DNA from: Antedon mediterranea
Taxonomy: Eukaryota > Animalia > Echinodermata
NCBI RefSeq assembly: GCF_964355755.1
Contig: NC_092680.1
Span: 19,787,045-19,851,044, forward strand
DNA length: 64,000 nt
Direction: 5' to 3'
Part shown: one piece after another, positions 27,812-38,930 of the stretch
How the letters are laid out: every line of letters begins with the position of its first letter
Position numbering within the stretch: position 1 is the first letter of the stretch
Translations under genes and position numbers: made by a program
Notes under the pieces: generated by a model
Database searches by the model: none
What the model was told of the DNA's origin: nothing
Seen by the model: only the letters and a program-made list of their open reading frames with translations

Positions 27812-28365
27812 TAAAACAACAAAGTAACCTAAAAATCAACTTTGAGGTATAATGAATCAGAGACGTTTCAACTCATTTTCTACCCTGGCTGGGTCATTTT
27901 TCGGGGGTTGGGGACAGGGTTTAGAGCGGCGATTGGGTTGAAAGGGTCACAATTTGTAAATCTCAAGCCAAAAGCAACTTCAAACTTGACATGTACAACA
28001 TTTTACAAACTGTTTTGATTGGCAATAATCAATTTAGTAGATAGGTACTTATTTATAACATTACATTCTTTGCTCTAGCAAGTGTAATGTACCACAGGTG
28101 ATATAAGGATATGAACACCTTCTTCTTATTAATATTAATCACTGGGATACAAGTTGCCAATAGAAGGAAACTTTATTGTTCTTTTGTCAACCACTCTGAT
28201 GGAAAACACATGATGATGATGTTAATCTCTATAGAGAGGTCAGAAGGGGACCTCCAATAATGTCTGTGATACTTTTAAAATATTAACAAAGGTTAAAATA
28301 ATATAAAAAACGATGCCAGTCAATTTAAGTGTGCTTTTAGTTATACACATTGTTGAATTCTTGAA

Positions 28366-28405
28366 AATATGTGGATAATATGTGGATAATATGTGGATAA
28401 TATGT
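28366..28405. repeat. 11-bp minisatellite (GGATAATATGT)n, left part, interrupted by the LINE
   Basis: ~3.6 units directly abutting the LINE (AAT)n tail. Confidence 0.9.
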
Positions 28406-31400
28406 AATAATAATAAATGAAAACTTATATAGCGCCGGTATCCTCCACCCATGTGGCGCTCATGGCGCTTTGTGCATTAACAACGTGCGAGAACATCAGC
28501 GAATAGCGACGTCTTTAGGTTGGTCTTGAAACTGTTTAGACTAGTTGAGCATTTAACTGTTGCTGGTAAGCTGTTCCATACACTTGCGGCCGCAACGTAA
28601 AAAGATCTCTGACCCCACTGATTTTTCGCTCTACGCTCTTGAAGAAGGTTTTGTGACAATGATCGTAGGCCTCTGCGGGATGATTCGTAACGATCCACAA
28701 GGTCAGATAAATAAGCAGGAGCACTGTTATTTAGGATCTTGAATACAAACAACGCAAGTTTGTACTTAATACGTTGTTGAACAGGCAACCAATGCAAATC
28801 CATCAGGACAGGAGTTATGTGAGCGTTTGATTTTGTATAAGTTACAATTCTAGCTGCCATATTTTGCAAGCGCTGCAAACGTTGTATTTGAGATTTTGGT
28901 ATGCCAAACAACAAGGCATTACCAATGTCAATTTTAGAAGTGACAAATGAGTGTACAATCAATTCAGCTGTTTTCTTGTTAAGATTACCGCGAATACGAC
29001 CAAGGTTCCTAATCGATATGCATGCTGCTTTGGATACAGTTGTTATTTGTGCTTCCATAGTGAGATTACTATCCAGCATGATTCCCAGATTCCGGACCAC
29101 CGATGAGGGAGCGATGTTAGAGTTTCCGATTCTGATATGTGTGATGTTGATTTTGGAGATGTTACATTTAGACCCGACGATAATAAACTCTGTCTTTCCA
29201 TCATTCAACTTTAGGTAATTTGTTGTCATCCAATTGCGAACATCTTCTATACAGGCTTCCATCTTACTGATTGCTGCAGCAACATCCCTTTGCACTGGAT
29301 TTACTGACACATAAATCTGTGTATCATCTGCATAGAAATGGAAATGTAGACTGTGTTTGCGAATAATGTCACCAAGGGGAAGCGTATAAATGGAAAACTG
29401 GCCAGGCCCAATTACTGACCCCTGTGGTACACCATATTCCAGGCAAGCTTCATCTGAGAATGCATCATTGATACAGACTAGCTGACGTCTTCCTGTAAGA
29501 TATGACTGGAACCAGTTAAGAGCAACACCATTTATGCCAATGCGATTTCTCAGACGGGTTATCAGTCTTTGGTGATCAACTGTATCAAACGCTGCTGACA
29601 AATCCAACAACACCAATAGCGTTATTTTCCCATCATTCATTCCTTGTAACAAATCATTCTGTACCTTTAAAAGGGAACTCTCCGTGCTATGACATGCACG
29701 ATATGCCGACTGGTAATTCTCATTTAAATTATGCTTTTGAAGATATGGAGTAATGCGTGATGTCACTACACGCTCCAGAGTCTTTCCAAGAAAAGAAAGA
29801 TTCGACACCGGGCGGTAATTTTTCAGCGTGTTATGATCCAAGTTTTGCTTTTTTATTAAAGGACGAACGTGAGCAATTTTCAGTTCATCTGGCACTATGC
29901 CGGTATTAAGAGAATGGTTAATGATTTCCGTTATTATTGGAACGACTGCGTCTATACACTTCTTCAGTATAGAAGTAGGAACTGGATCTAACCTGCATGA
30001 TTTTGTTGGTGATTTCATCAGAATGTTGCGGATCTCATCTTGAGATGCTGGTGTAAATGTTGTGAGATGCTGATGAACAGCTGTCACAGGCTCATTAAAT
30101 GACATGTCATCAATCTTGAAGTCGTCTCTGATGATCTTGATCTTGTCTGTGAAAAACTGACAGAACCTGTTCGCAAGATCTAAGTCAGAAAGACTATCTG
30201 GGAGAGGTGATACCTGGCGATGATGAAGGAGTTGGTTAACAATTTTAAAAAGTCCTTTCTGATCTGCTGCATGTTCTTCACACAAGCCAATGTAGTAGTT
30301 GGCCTTTGCCTTTCTTACCATGGAATTTACATTCCTCTTCTGTGCAATGTAAGCTTGACGATCTATTTCCAGATGAGAGATTCTCCATTTCTTTTCAAGC
30401 TTACGCTTTGTTCTTTTCTCAGCATAGATGTCACTGTTATACCAACTAGTGTTTGGTCGGACCTTTACTGTTCTCTTTTTCGGTGGTGCGTGTTTGTCAA
30501 GAAGTTCACTCAAAGTGGTGACATATAGTCGTACTTTACTTGATAAATCAAGATTTGAGAGCGAAGTTCCGAGATCAGACTGTGTGATATCTTTACATAA
30601 TGTCTCAAAATTTATAGCATTCCAATGACGAGTTTCGATGGATTTAGTGATTACGGGTGGCTTCTTGATAAGGAGATTACATGTGATTGCATAGTGATCT
30701 GATATACCATCAATGACATTAAGGTTTGAGAAAACAGGAGGATCAGATGAACGAGTGATCAGCAAGTCTAATGTATGACCATGTCGGTGTGTAGGTGTAG
30801 ACACATGCTGTTGAAGACTGCTTGCTACAAGTAGATTCCGAAAATGAATTGCATCTGCATCATTTGGCATATCCACATGGATGTTAAAGTCTCCAACGAA
30901 TAGTATGGGAGCCGGCTTCAATACATAGTGATCAACCAAAGTTGAGAATTCTTCAGTGAAAGCATTTAGACTGCAACCCGTTGATTTGCTTTGAGGACGA
31001 TATACTGCTACGAGGAAAACTGAGGATGCATTGCTGACTATTTCCACATTTAGCAGTTCAAATGATTTTGGTAATAATCCCGTGTCATAACATTTAACCG
31101 CTATGCTTTCCTTGTAAAGAAGTGCAACTCCACCACCTCTTTTAGTACCAGCACGGGGAGCATGTTTGAGAGAGTATCCGTTGGGTGTAATATTTCCTAT
31201 AACTGATGTGTCTTCTGGTTTAAGCCACGTTTCCGAAAGGGCAACAACATCCAGATTATGTTCGATAACGAAATCCACAAATTCTGTTGTTTTGTTCCGA
31301 ACGGATCTTGTATTAATACTGCAAAATTTAATATTGTTTTTAGATAAGAGAGAGTTTGATGATAAGTCCGGAAATGATAGATTGTTTTTAGTGTGTTTGT

Positions 31401-31546
31401 CACGCCCAGCTCTTGTACCACGCCTGGTTTTTCTTTTTGGCCTCCTTGGTAATAGGTGGATACTACAGCTACTGGAGTTCAACTTAAAAGATTGTATAAT
31501 TAAGCACGATTCTTCAGGAAGTTCACAACTGTTATTGTTATTATGT
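28406..31546 (-). mobile_element. 5'-truncated non-LTR retrotransposon, L2/CR1 group
   Basis: Uninterrupted APE+RT ORF, short 3' UTR with stem-loop agcgcc...ggcgct then atataa and an (ATT)n tail; no ORF1 or 5' UTR. Confidence 0.95.
28477..31482 (-). CDS. LINE ORF2: AP-like endonuclease + reverse transcriptase (1001 aa open frame, TTG start, true start truncated)
   Basis: APE motifs SINTRS, LSETWL, GGGVAL, AVYRP, GDFNIH, HTLDL, SDHY; RT motifs NYRPVSNL, LLDLSAAFDTVDH, GVPQGS, YADDTQIY, LNDGKTE, NLG. Confidence 0.95.
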   Translation of the reverse strand: MNSSSCSIHLLPRRPKRKTRRGTRAGRDKHTKNNLSFPDLSSNSLLSKNNIKFCSINTRSVRNKTTEFVDFVIEHNLDVVALSETWLKPEDTSVIGNITPNGYSLKHAPRAGTKRGGGVALLYKESIAVKCYDTGLLPKSFELLNVEIVSNASSVFLVAVYRPQSKSTGCSLNAFTEEFSTLVDHYVLKPAPILFVGDFNIHVDMPNDADAIHFRNLLVASSLQQHVSTPTHRHGHTLDLLITRSSDPPVFSNLNVIDGISDHYAITCNLLIKKPPVITKSIETRHWNAINFETLCKDITQSDLGTSLSNLDLSSKVRLYVTTLSELLDKHAPPKKRTVKVRPNTSWYNSDIYAEKRTKRKLEKKWRISHLEIDRQAYIAQKRNVNSMVRKAKANYYIGLCEEHAADQKGLFKIVNQLLHHRQVSPLPDSLSDLDLANRFCQFFTDKIKIIRDDFKIDDMSFNEPVTAVHQHLTTFTPASQDEIRNILMKSPTKSCRLDPVPTSILKKCIDAVVPIITEIINHSLNTGIVPDELKIAHVRPLIKKQNLDHNTLKNYRPVSNLSFLGKTLERVVTSRITPYLQKHNLNENYQSAYRACHSTESSLLKVQNDLLQGMNDGKITLLVLLDLSAAFDTVDHQRLITRLRNRIGINGVALNWFQSYLTGRRQLVCINDAFSDEACLEYGVPQGSVIGPGQFSIYTLPLGDIIRKHSLHFHFYADDTQIYVSVNPVQRDVAAAISKMEACIEDVRNWMTTNYLKLNDGKTEFIIVGSKCNISKINITHIRIGNSNIAPSSVVRNLGIMLDSNLTMEAQITTVSKAACISIRNLGRIRGNLNKKTAELIVHSFVTSKIDIGNALLFGIPKSQIQRLQRLQNMAARIVTYTKSNAHITPVLMDLHWLPVQQRIKYKLALFVFKILNNSAPAYLSDLVDRYESSRRGLRSLSQNLLQERRAKNQWGQRSFYVAAASVWNSLPATVKCSTSLNSFKTNLKTSLFADVLARC

Positions 31547-31620
31547 AGATAATATGTGGATAATATGTGGATAATATGTGGATAATATGTGGATAATATG
31601 TGGATAATATGTGGATAATA
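31542..31620. repeat. 11-bp minisatellite (GGATAATATGT)n, right part
   Basis: ~7 near-perfect units of the same unit as 28366-28405. Confidence 0.95.
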
Positions 31621-31621
31621 A

Positions 31622-31764
31622 AGCTCTGTCTACACTATCAAACCAGTTCGACATAAAAAAGTGTAATGTGCCCAAATATGGCAGTGATATGCTTAAACAT
31701 GATGATGATATGACATCATCATATCCATATATGGGTGCATCACATTTTTTTTGTAGACAGAGTT
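31622..31764. mobile_element. Harbinger-type MITE family M1
   Basis: TAA + agctctgtctacactatcaaa ... tgtagacagagtt. Confidence 0.85.
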
Positions 31765-34700
31765 TTGGGCCAATGTTCTTGCATCTTTCATAAAGTGCTG
31801 CTAACTGATTTTTTATATCTTGACTGGTTACTTATATTCTTTGCTCAAATTTCATCCAAAACTAACTATGCTAATAATCTTGCATTCAGCGCATTGCATT
31901 TAAGTTTTTCATAACAACGCTTATTTGAGAGCACAAATTTATCAGTTTAATAAATTGTTTATTTGGCGCTATGCAGCAAAAACAGACCCCAAGATATTGG
32001 GATAAACAACACGACATAACAACATTAGAAAAAATCTTTCCGACAAATAATAGTTTTGTTTTCCTCAAAACTAATTACAATTTTCATTAGCAAACTGCAA
32101 CGCTGTCTAAAATAAACAGGTGATCTAATAAATCAATGGCGCGATATTTTAGTACACAAAATCAAATGTGAACGGTTAAAATACAGGTTATGTAATAAAT
32201 CCACTCAACAAATTTGGCGGTTAGGTCACACCAAGTTTATCATTAATACTGAATTCACTCGGTGCTCATGCATTTCAGACTATAAATAGACAGGTAGACG
32301 TGACTCGCTTTTGCATGTACCAAAAAAACGTTACAATTTATACTTATGGAAATCAATGGAGAAACGGTGTGAATAATTTATCATATCATTTTTGTATTAA
32401 GATATGATGTGAATTTCGCATGCTTTAAATATTTTTAAAAGGTTATGCCAAGAAATTATAATATTCCATAGACATGTCTATAATAATATGGTTCTCTAAA
32501 ACTAACATTTTTAACCTCAGTTTTTTTGATAAAAAATCATGTTTTTCCACCCTTTTCAGAGACTTTATTCAGTAATATTTTCTATTAATATATATTTGAA
32601 ATTTAATGCTTACATTACACATGATCCATTAAAAAAATATATCATATTTTAAACTTTGGGTTGGTTTCTACAACTTATCTCATTAAATACAGTATTAGGA
32701 CCAATCTGTATAATTTTTGTTCATTTTAGGATCAGTAGGGTCCCTACCAAGGGTTACAGGTCTCGGGTTTTTAGTTGTTTTAAAATTAATTAGTGTTCCA
32801 TGACCTTCTCATCAAAATTAATGTCTCTCATTGTTGTGCTATGTCAACATAATGTCAATGACGGCGAAATGTCCCCAATAATGGGGTTAGCTATGCAAAC
32901 AAGTAACAAGTAAGCTATAAATTACATAATTTGCGTTCAGTTAGGACAATTTACTGTATAAATTTTCTCATTACGATCGCTAGATTATAATAATTGTGTT
33001 CATTTTCCAATTACTGTAGGACCATCAGTAATACAATGTGTTCAGCCTTGCTAACTGTTAAATCTATAATTATTGTTTCTTACCAATACCAAGAGTTTGT
33101 TAATATAATTTAAGGCCAAATAATAAATTTACATAGAGTGTATGTATTACCATTATTTATTTCCTTTTCCTATATTGCTGTAATTTGAATTTTTGTAGTT
33201 GTTTTTTTAAGGCCATTCCGTATGCGAGAACCTATTTCAACGTTTTTAAGTTTTAGTATCCTTTTAAAAGCTATTTATTCTAGACACAGCTACCATGCTG
33301 TTCACAAAAACTAGGTCACCTATTTATATCACGTGACCTTGAACAGGAATGATCTTCTTCAATTATTTTACCTCATACATTCATTTCCGCTGTCTGTTAC
33401 AGTAAACCATTTCTCACTTTCAATATGTTTACTTTTATGAAACACACAAATTGAAGCAAGACTAAGAGGATGCAGGTTGACAGTTTTTAATGTTTCTACT
33501 ACAAATATGAACTAAAAAAAAACAACTGTAATTTTGCTTGCATGCAAGATGGATCTGATGATAAGAAACTTTGGAAATAAGTTTTAAAAAGACTGTGGTA
33601 TACTTGTTAGTAGCGAGCTTTGTACGGTAGACGAAAGGGAGAGGTAGATATAGAAGGATATACAAAATATTAATACGCGTTGAGTATATGAGCCCAGTAT
33701 ACCCTGTTGCGCCCGGACTATAATCAGTATAATGTTGGGTCCGATAGACCGAGCAAAATTTAAGGTTTTTGAACTTCGCTAACCTAAGACCTATCTACCT
33801 GGCTAGCGCAGAAACTTTTCAAACACCAACCCTGTGTGTGCTATCTGTTGTTTCTCGAAATAACCGTCCCGCTAGGTTATTCCGTCTTAAAGCAAAAACT
33901 CTCTATTAATTAAACATACTTTACATCATGGTCTTTCCATGTTCTTCAATGATGTAAAGTATTCTAGTAAAAGAACTCAGGCAAGGATTTGGTGTTAACG
34001 CTGTAGTAATTGTTACAATAATCGCATGCCTTTTATTTTGGTTAATAAAAAACATTTGTCAACTTTTATTAAGCTAAAAATAGGAAGGAGTATAGCTGCA
34101 CACTGGTCTAAAAAAATGTATTTAGTGGACAACAAATTGACGTATAATTTACATAAGTCATAGGTCATTGCAATAGAAAGTTACCTATTAATACAAACAC
34201 TGAACACTCAGGTTTACAAAATGATATGAAGCTTTTAATAGAGAACTAAGTCATGCATAATATTCAAGCATGCATTTACAGTCTTCATGACATGCATGCA
34301 GTCACCTAATTGATCTTTATATTTAATTCATTTAACTCCAAGAATATTTATATCTAAAACTAGATAAATTGGCTACTTAATTTTTGGAATGCTTTTTTAG
34401 AATAAAGAATAAAATTAAATAAGTGTATTACTGTATTATATTGAAAACAATTGTTATCACCACCACCACCATCATTTTTGGTGACATTTACTTTACTCAA
34501 CATATTTGCAATGGTTAAAAAAACAAACAAGAAATCAACAAATAATTGGTACTCATCAGAATGGAAATTTCATTTCACAGGGTTATCAATTTTATTAAAA
34601 TATCTAATTCTTGTTTAATTAACTGATAATGAGGGAACTTATAAATATTTAAATAATATTTGTGAATATTAAATTGTTTAATTAACTGATAATGAGGGAA

Positions 34701-35058
34701 CAGTTTTGTCCGTATACTGATAGCAAAAAGCTATACAAACCTATTTTCTGTTTTCTGCAAAAAACACAATACAAAACTATGTTTTTGGACTCAAAATTCA
34801 GTTTGAAAAGCAATATTGCTAAACAATTTTTTATACGAAATTAACAAATATTAATATTATTAATGAAACAGGTATAAAATTACTATAGTATGGTTATTCA
34901 ATAATTGTATTATTTTATTTTTAACTTATGAATATGTTAATTATTAATATCAACATATTCATGGTAGGAAGGCTGCCACCAAGAGTTGTGGTTACCTGAG
35001 TGGAGTGATGAATATGTAGCTACCTAAACACTATGCTTTGAGCTGTTGATCAAATTTG

Positions 35059-35120
35059 TTATTCTCCCTCAGAATTTGGTTCCTCCTCCTCCTCGTCATC
35101 ATCATCCTCATCTAGTTCCG
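35059..35120 (-). CDS. MBD2: MBD2/3 exon 6: acidic tail (A)ELDEDDDDEEEEEPNSEGE*
   Basis: Strong acceptor ttttcttttcag; phase 1 fits exon 5; MBD3-like acidic C-terminus; TAA stop. Confidence 0.8.
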
Positions 35121-36865
35121 CTGAAAAGAAAAACATTTTAAATATTATGGATACCAAAAAACGTGTTTCTTTACATAGTGGTTGGTGCAAAATAAATAAA
35201 TTTAAGAGTGTACAGCAGTACTACTGTAGTTTTTAAGTAAGAAAGTTAATGGACAAATAAGAAAGAGAATAATTTAAACAGTAGGATGATGTACTTGATG
35301 ACACACTTTCGACAATGTATGTCATATTTAAAGCGCCTGATACCCATTCAAGTTCACTAGTTTCTTTAAATATGCTCGTGCTTGAGATTTGTTTAATAAC
35401 CGACCTCATATTCGGATGTAATTTGTAAATTATACGGTAGCACCCCCTAAGTTTTGGCAACGTTTTTTATTCTTAATCTCAGCCTCATATTCGATTTTTC
35501 CAAATATGGTTGTGTGCAAACCAGTTTACATAACAACAAAATGTATAGTAGTAGTACTGTACTATGGTTACCCACACACACAATAAATTAGAAATTTTAA
35601 TTAGTATAAGATTTTTTTGGATTAAAATTTACATTAAAAGGATTATATTAATGTGTATTTTATATAGAAAAATTAGTTTTAACATACTTTAATTTTAATT
35701 CGGCAAGCAATCATATTAATACTTTTTGTCTGAAAAAAATGAAACCAAACGATGTACAAAAAGTGGCATAAAATATAATAAAATTGTACTACAAATGGAA
35801 AAAAACAAAAAACTATTGTAAAATAATATTCTACACACACATGCTTCAATTAAGTAATATAAATTAACTGTGATGGTAATACTCTCATCTAACAACATGT
35901 CTGTTACCACCACGTGAATAGAATCTATCGTAACAAAGAAATCAATATTAATTTTACATACTATGAACTGTATGTAAATATGTATTGTGTTCATTATAAG
36001 AGAAGAGAAGACATGTGTGGTGAGTCAGAGTTCTCGTACACTGGCCTGGATTAGCAAAGTTTACATCATAACAAACTGTCGATCAGTGCAATTAAAAATC
36101 ATCATCAGAGTGTACAACAAAGATGTACAGAATGATCATAAGCAAACAGAGCTTAAATTGCATGGAACAAAAGAACAATACCATCTGTAGTAGCAATAAC
36201 TACTACACAAATTATTTTCCAGTGTACTAGTCGCAGATGATGAGACAACCTACACTTAAATGATACTAAATGCTCGCTGATTACACGTAAACCCCGGGGC
36301 TTTTAAATTGATTGCTTTTGTTCTTGTATAACCAAAGAAATACGATGAGGACCAATTAATTGCGCCAATTAGTATAGGCTGATAAAAGATCATACAGCGC
36401 AATGTAGGATATTAATTGCTCTGATAGTAGATATCTGTAATTGTTATTCTAATTCTGCTAGAAAGATAAACAATTACATATTAATCAATTTAAAATCGTT
36501 TTATAGATTTATTAATTACGTACACTTCTTTAAGGATCAAAATGACAATTAAAACAAATCTTTAACCAAATAAAGCCTTTTAAAGGCTTTTACAAATGAT
36601 ACTGACGCAATAAGAAATATTAATTTGGTCTTCGGATGGGACGTAAAGTTGTTGGTCAAGTGTAATTGCACATTAGTGATCATTGGCCACCCAGTGTACT
36701 GTAAATTAAATCATTTAATTAATTAAAAACATTAGTTAGAAATGTTAATTTCATATTATTTAATAATAATAATAACAACAAAAGTTTGAAAAAAAAACAA
36801 ACAAAGGAGTATTTTCAAGTATCAAATATTTCATAGTAAAGAGAATATACATTTAAAAAAATAAA

Positions 36866-37136
36866 ACAAATGAAAGCACTCAGAAACTGAGTGAAGTACT
36901 ATTGCCAGAGAGGGTGCATGTTGATATTTCGGCCTATGTTAAAAGAATACAAATTTGTCTTTTTTTTATTGTGAAGTTATTATGATTAAAAAAAAATTCA
37001 ATAAGCATGTTCTGTAAATATACAGTACTTATTTACACCGAAAAATTCAGAATAATAACTTCAAAATTGTAGGTGCTATTGTGCTAACAAACATACAAAA
37101 GCAAGTACTATACTGGGCAAAAGTTTGCCAAGTAAA
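36866..37136 (+). mobile_element. Probable Helentron-associated non-autonomous element (family H1)
   Basis: Homologous to 22915-23157; acaa-type microsatellite then terminal hairpin tactgggcaaaa/gtttgccaagta. Confidence 0.6.
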
Positions 37137-37820
37137 AATAGATAGGCCGTAATTCAGTTTTGCACCAAATGCTTGATTTAGAAAAACAGTATATCATTAA
37201 AATTACATTGTTTATAAATACACTAGGAGAGACTTCTGACTGGGCTGGTTTGGCATCAATAATGAGAAGAATAATTATTGGATCCATTAGAATGACAATT
37301 TATCATGAAACAGCTTCTATACAACATGTTATAATAATTAACTATATAGCTAGATTGGATCTCTCAAAATGCTTGGGAAGCCATCGGATGTATTCTGTAC
37401 ACCAGATCATGCTATCAATATGTAGATGTAGGTTGCATTCATTTGCATTCACAGTACAACACTGTTCTAGAATAAATCTCTTTAATTATTCACATAAACT
37501 TTTAATTCTAACCTAGATAAAGGTTGAAAATAATTTTCTAAAATCTTTTGGATTTTCGTTGGATACTCACCACTTTGTTAAATTTATTTTATTTTATTTA
37601 TATTTAAATGTTGTTTTGTAAAACATTGCAAAATAAACAAACGCAAAAAATTACTAGTAATAAACATACTTTTTAAATAAATCTTAAAAATAGAAATGTT
37701 GAATATTTGTTGTTGTTTCTTTTGCCTATCTGGATTTAAGTTTTTATTGAAATAACACTAAACTAACAGACTATACATTTTGGCAATTTAAGCCTACATA
37801 CAGGTCAAATTAGCAATTTA

Positions 37821-38065
37821 AGCCTGGTTTCCATAAAATCGCTACACGACAGAGCGTAGCGATTCTATGGAAACGCTAGAATTTATCGGGGATCTAGTAC
37901 GCGAGCGCTAAATATTCTTTGGTACACATATACGATTCATCACCGACACAATCGGCAAAGTTGAACATGGTTGAACTTTGCCGATTTGACTGCGATGAAT
38001 CGGGGAGCCTTCCCGATTGCGTCGGCGACATCTGCGCGTGTAGCGATTTTAATGGAAACCAGGCT
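37821..38065. mobile_element. PIF/Harbinger MITE (family M2), complete
   Basis: ~30-bp TIRs agcctggtttccataaaatcgctacacg / cgtgtagcgattttaatggaaaccaggct; TTA target duplication at 37818-37820 and 38066-38068. Confidence 0.92.
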
Positions 38066-38930
38066 TTAAATGATGGGTACCTATCTCTTGTATGTTAACA
38101 GTAGTGAAAACTCATGAGGTAGATTTTGCTGCATGACGTCACAGCACATTTATGGTGATGGCTGTATCTTTGCTACTGTAAATCAAGTTAGGTATACTAT
38201 TACTGTGGTAAATGCTATACACTCTTTTACTAGGTCCTTATACAGTAGAACTCTAGGGACAACCTCAGGAGTGTGTGTCGCCACAAAAAATGTGTAGTGA
38301 CTGGACTGAAGATTAAACGATTTTGAGTATGAAACAAGAAATATTTCTTACTAAAAACGTTGCTCAACCTTTTAACGTAACATTTGCCAATGTCGGCAAA
38401 ACAAGTTTATCCTCAGTATTTTCAACAGGGTGTAATCTGATAGTGTTTCTCAAATATCGAATTTAAATAACTACCCGCGCAAATGAGCAACTTTGTAAAC
38501 TCGACAAATTTGTAAGTACATGCTCGATGACCCAAAGCACGTCTGAGAAAAAAGAGTCTATGAGATTTATGCACCTCTGACAGAAATGAGAATTTGTAAA
38601 CTCTTATATCGAAAAATGGCGTAGTTCATAAATTGCTGACTGAGGGCGCAATTTGTTTACTTTGTTCGTAGCTAAAAACGATTTTTTCGGTTATGTTTTA
38701 GACCCTATATTTCAAAAACTACAAGTCAGATTTTCATATTTCTTTTTTTATTGTAATATAGATACAAAATACAAAAATTAGTTTGAAAAATATTTCTGAA
38801 GATCACTAATTAAAACTGTTACAGTATGTCAACAAGTCGAGCAGCATTTTTTTGTAAGGACTATTTCTTGTCTTAAAACTGTTATATCAGCATTTTCTGG
38901 GTTTTATTGCTTTCAATTTCATTACCTTGT

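Noticed and set aside
28536-31552. Short ORFs overlapping the LINE in other frames or antisense
   Set aside because: Shadow frames of ORF2 with no independent features.
34611-34701. 28-bp direct duplication in the presumed MBD2/3 3' UTR (similar short duplications at ~25488, ~52040 and ~58231)
   Set aside because: Ordinary local slippage duplications with no further structure.
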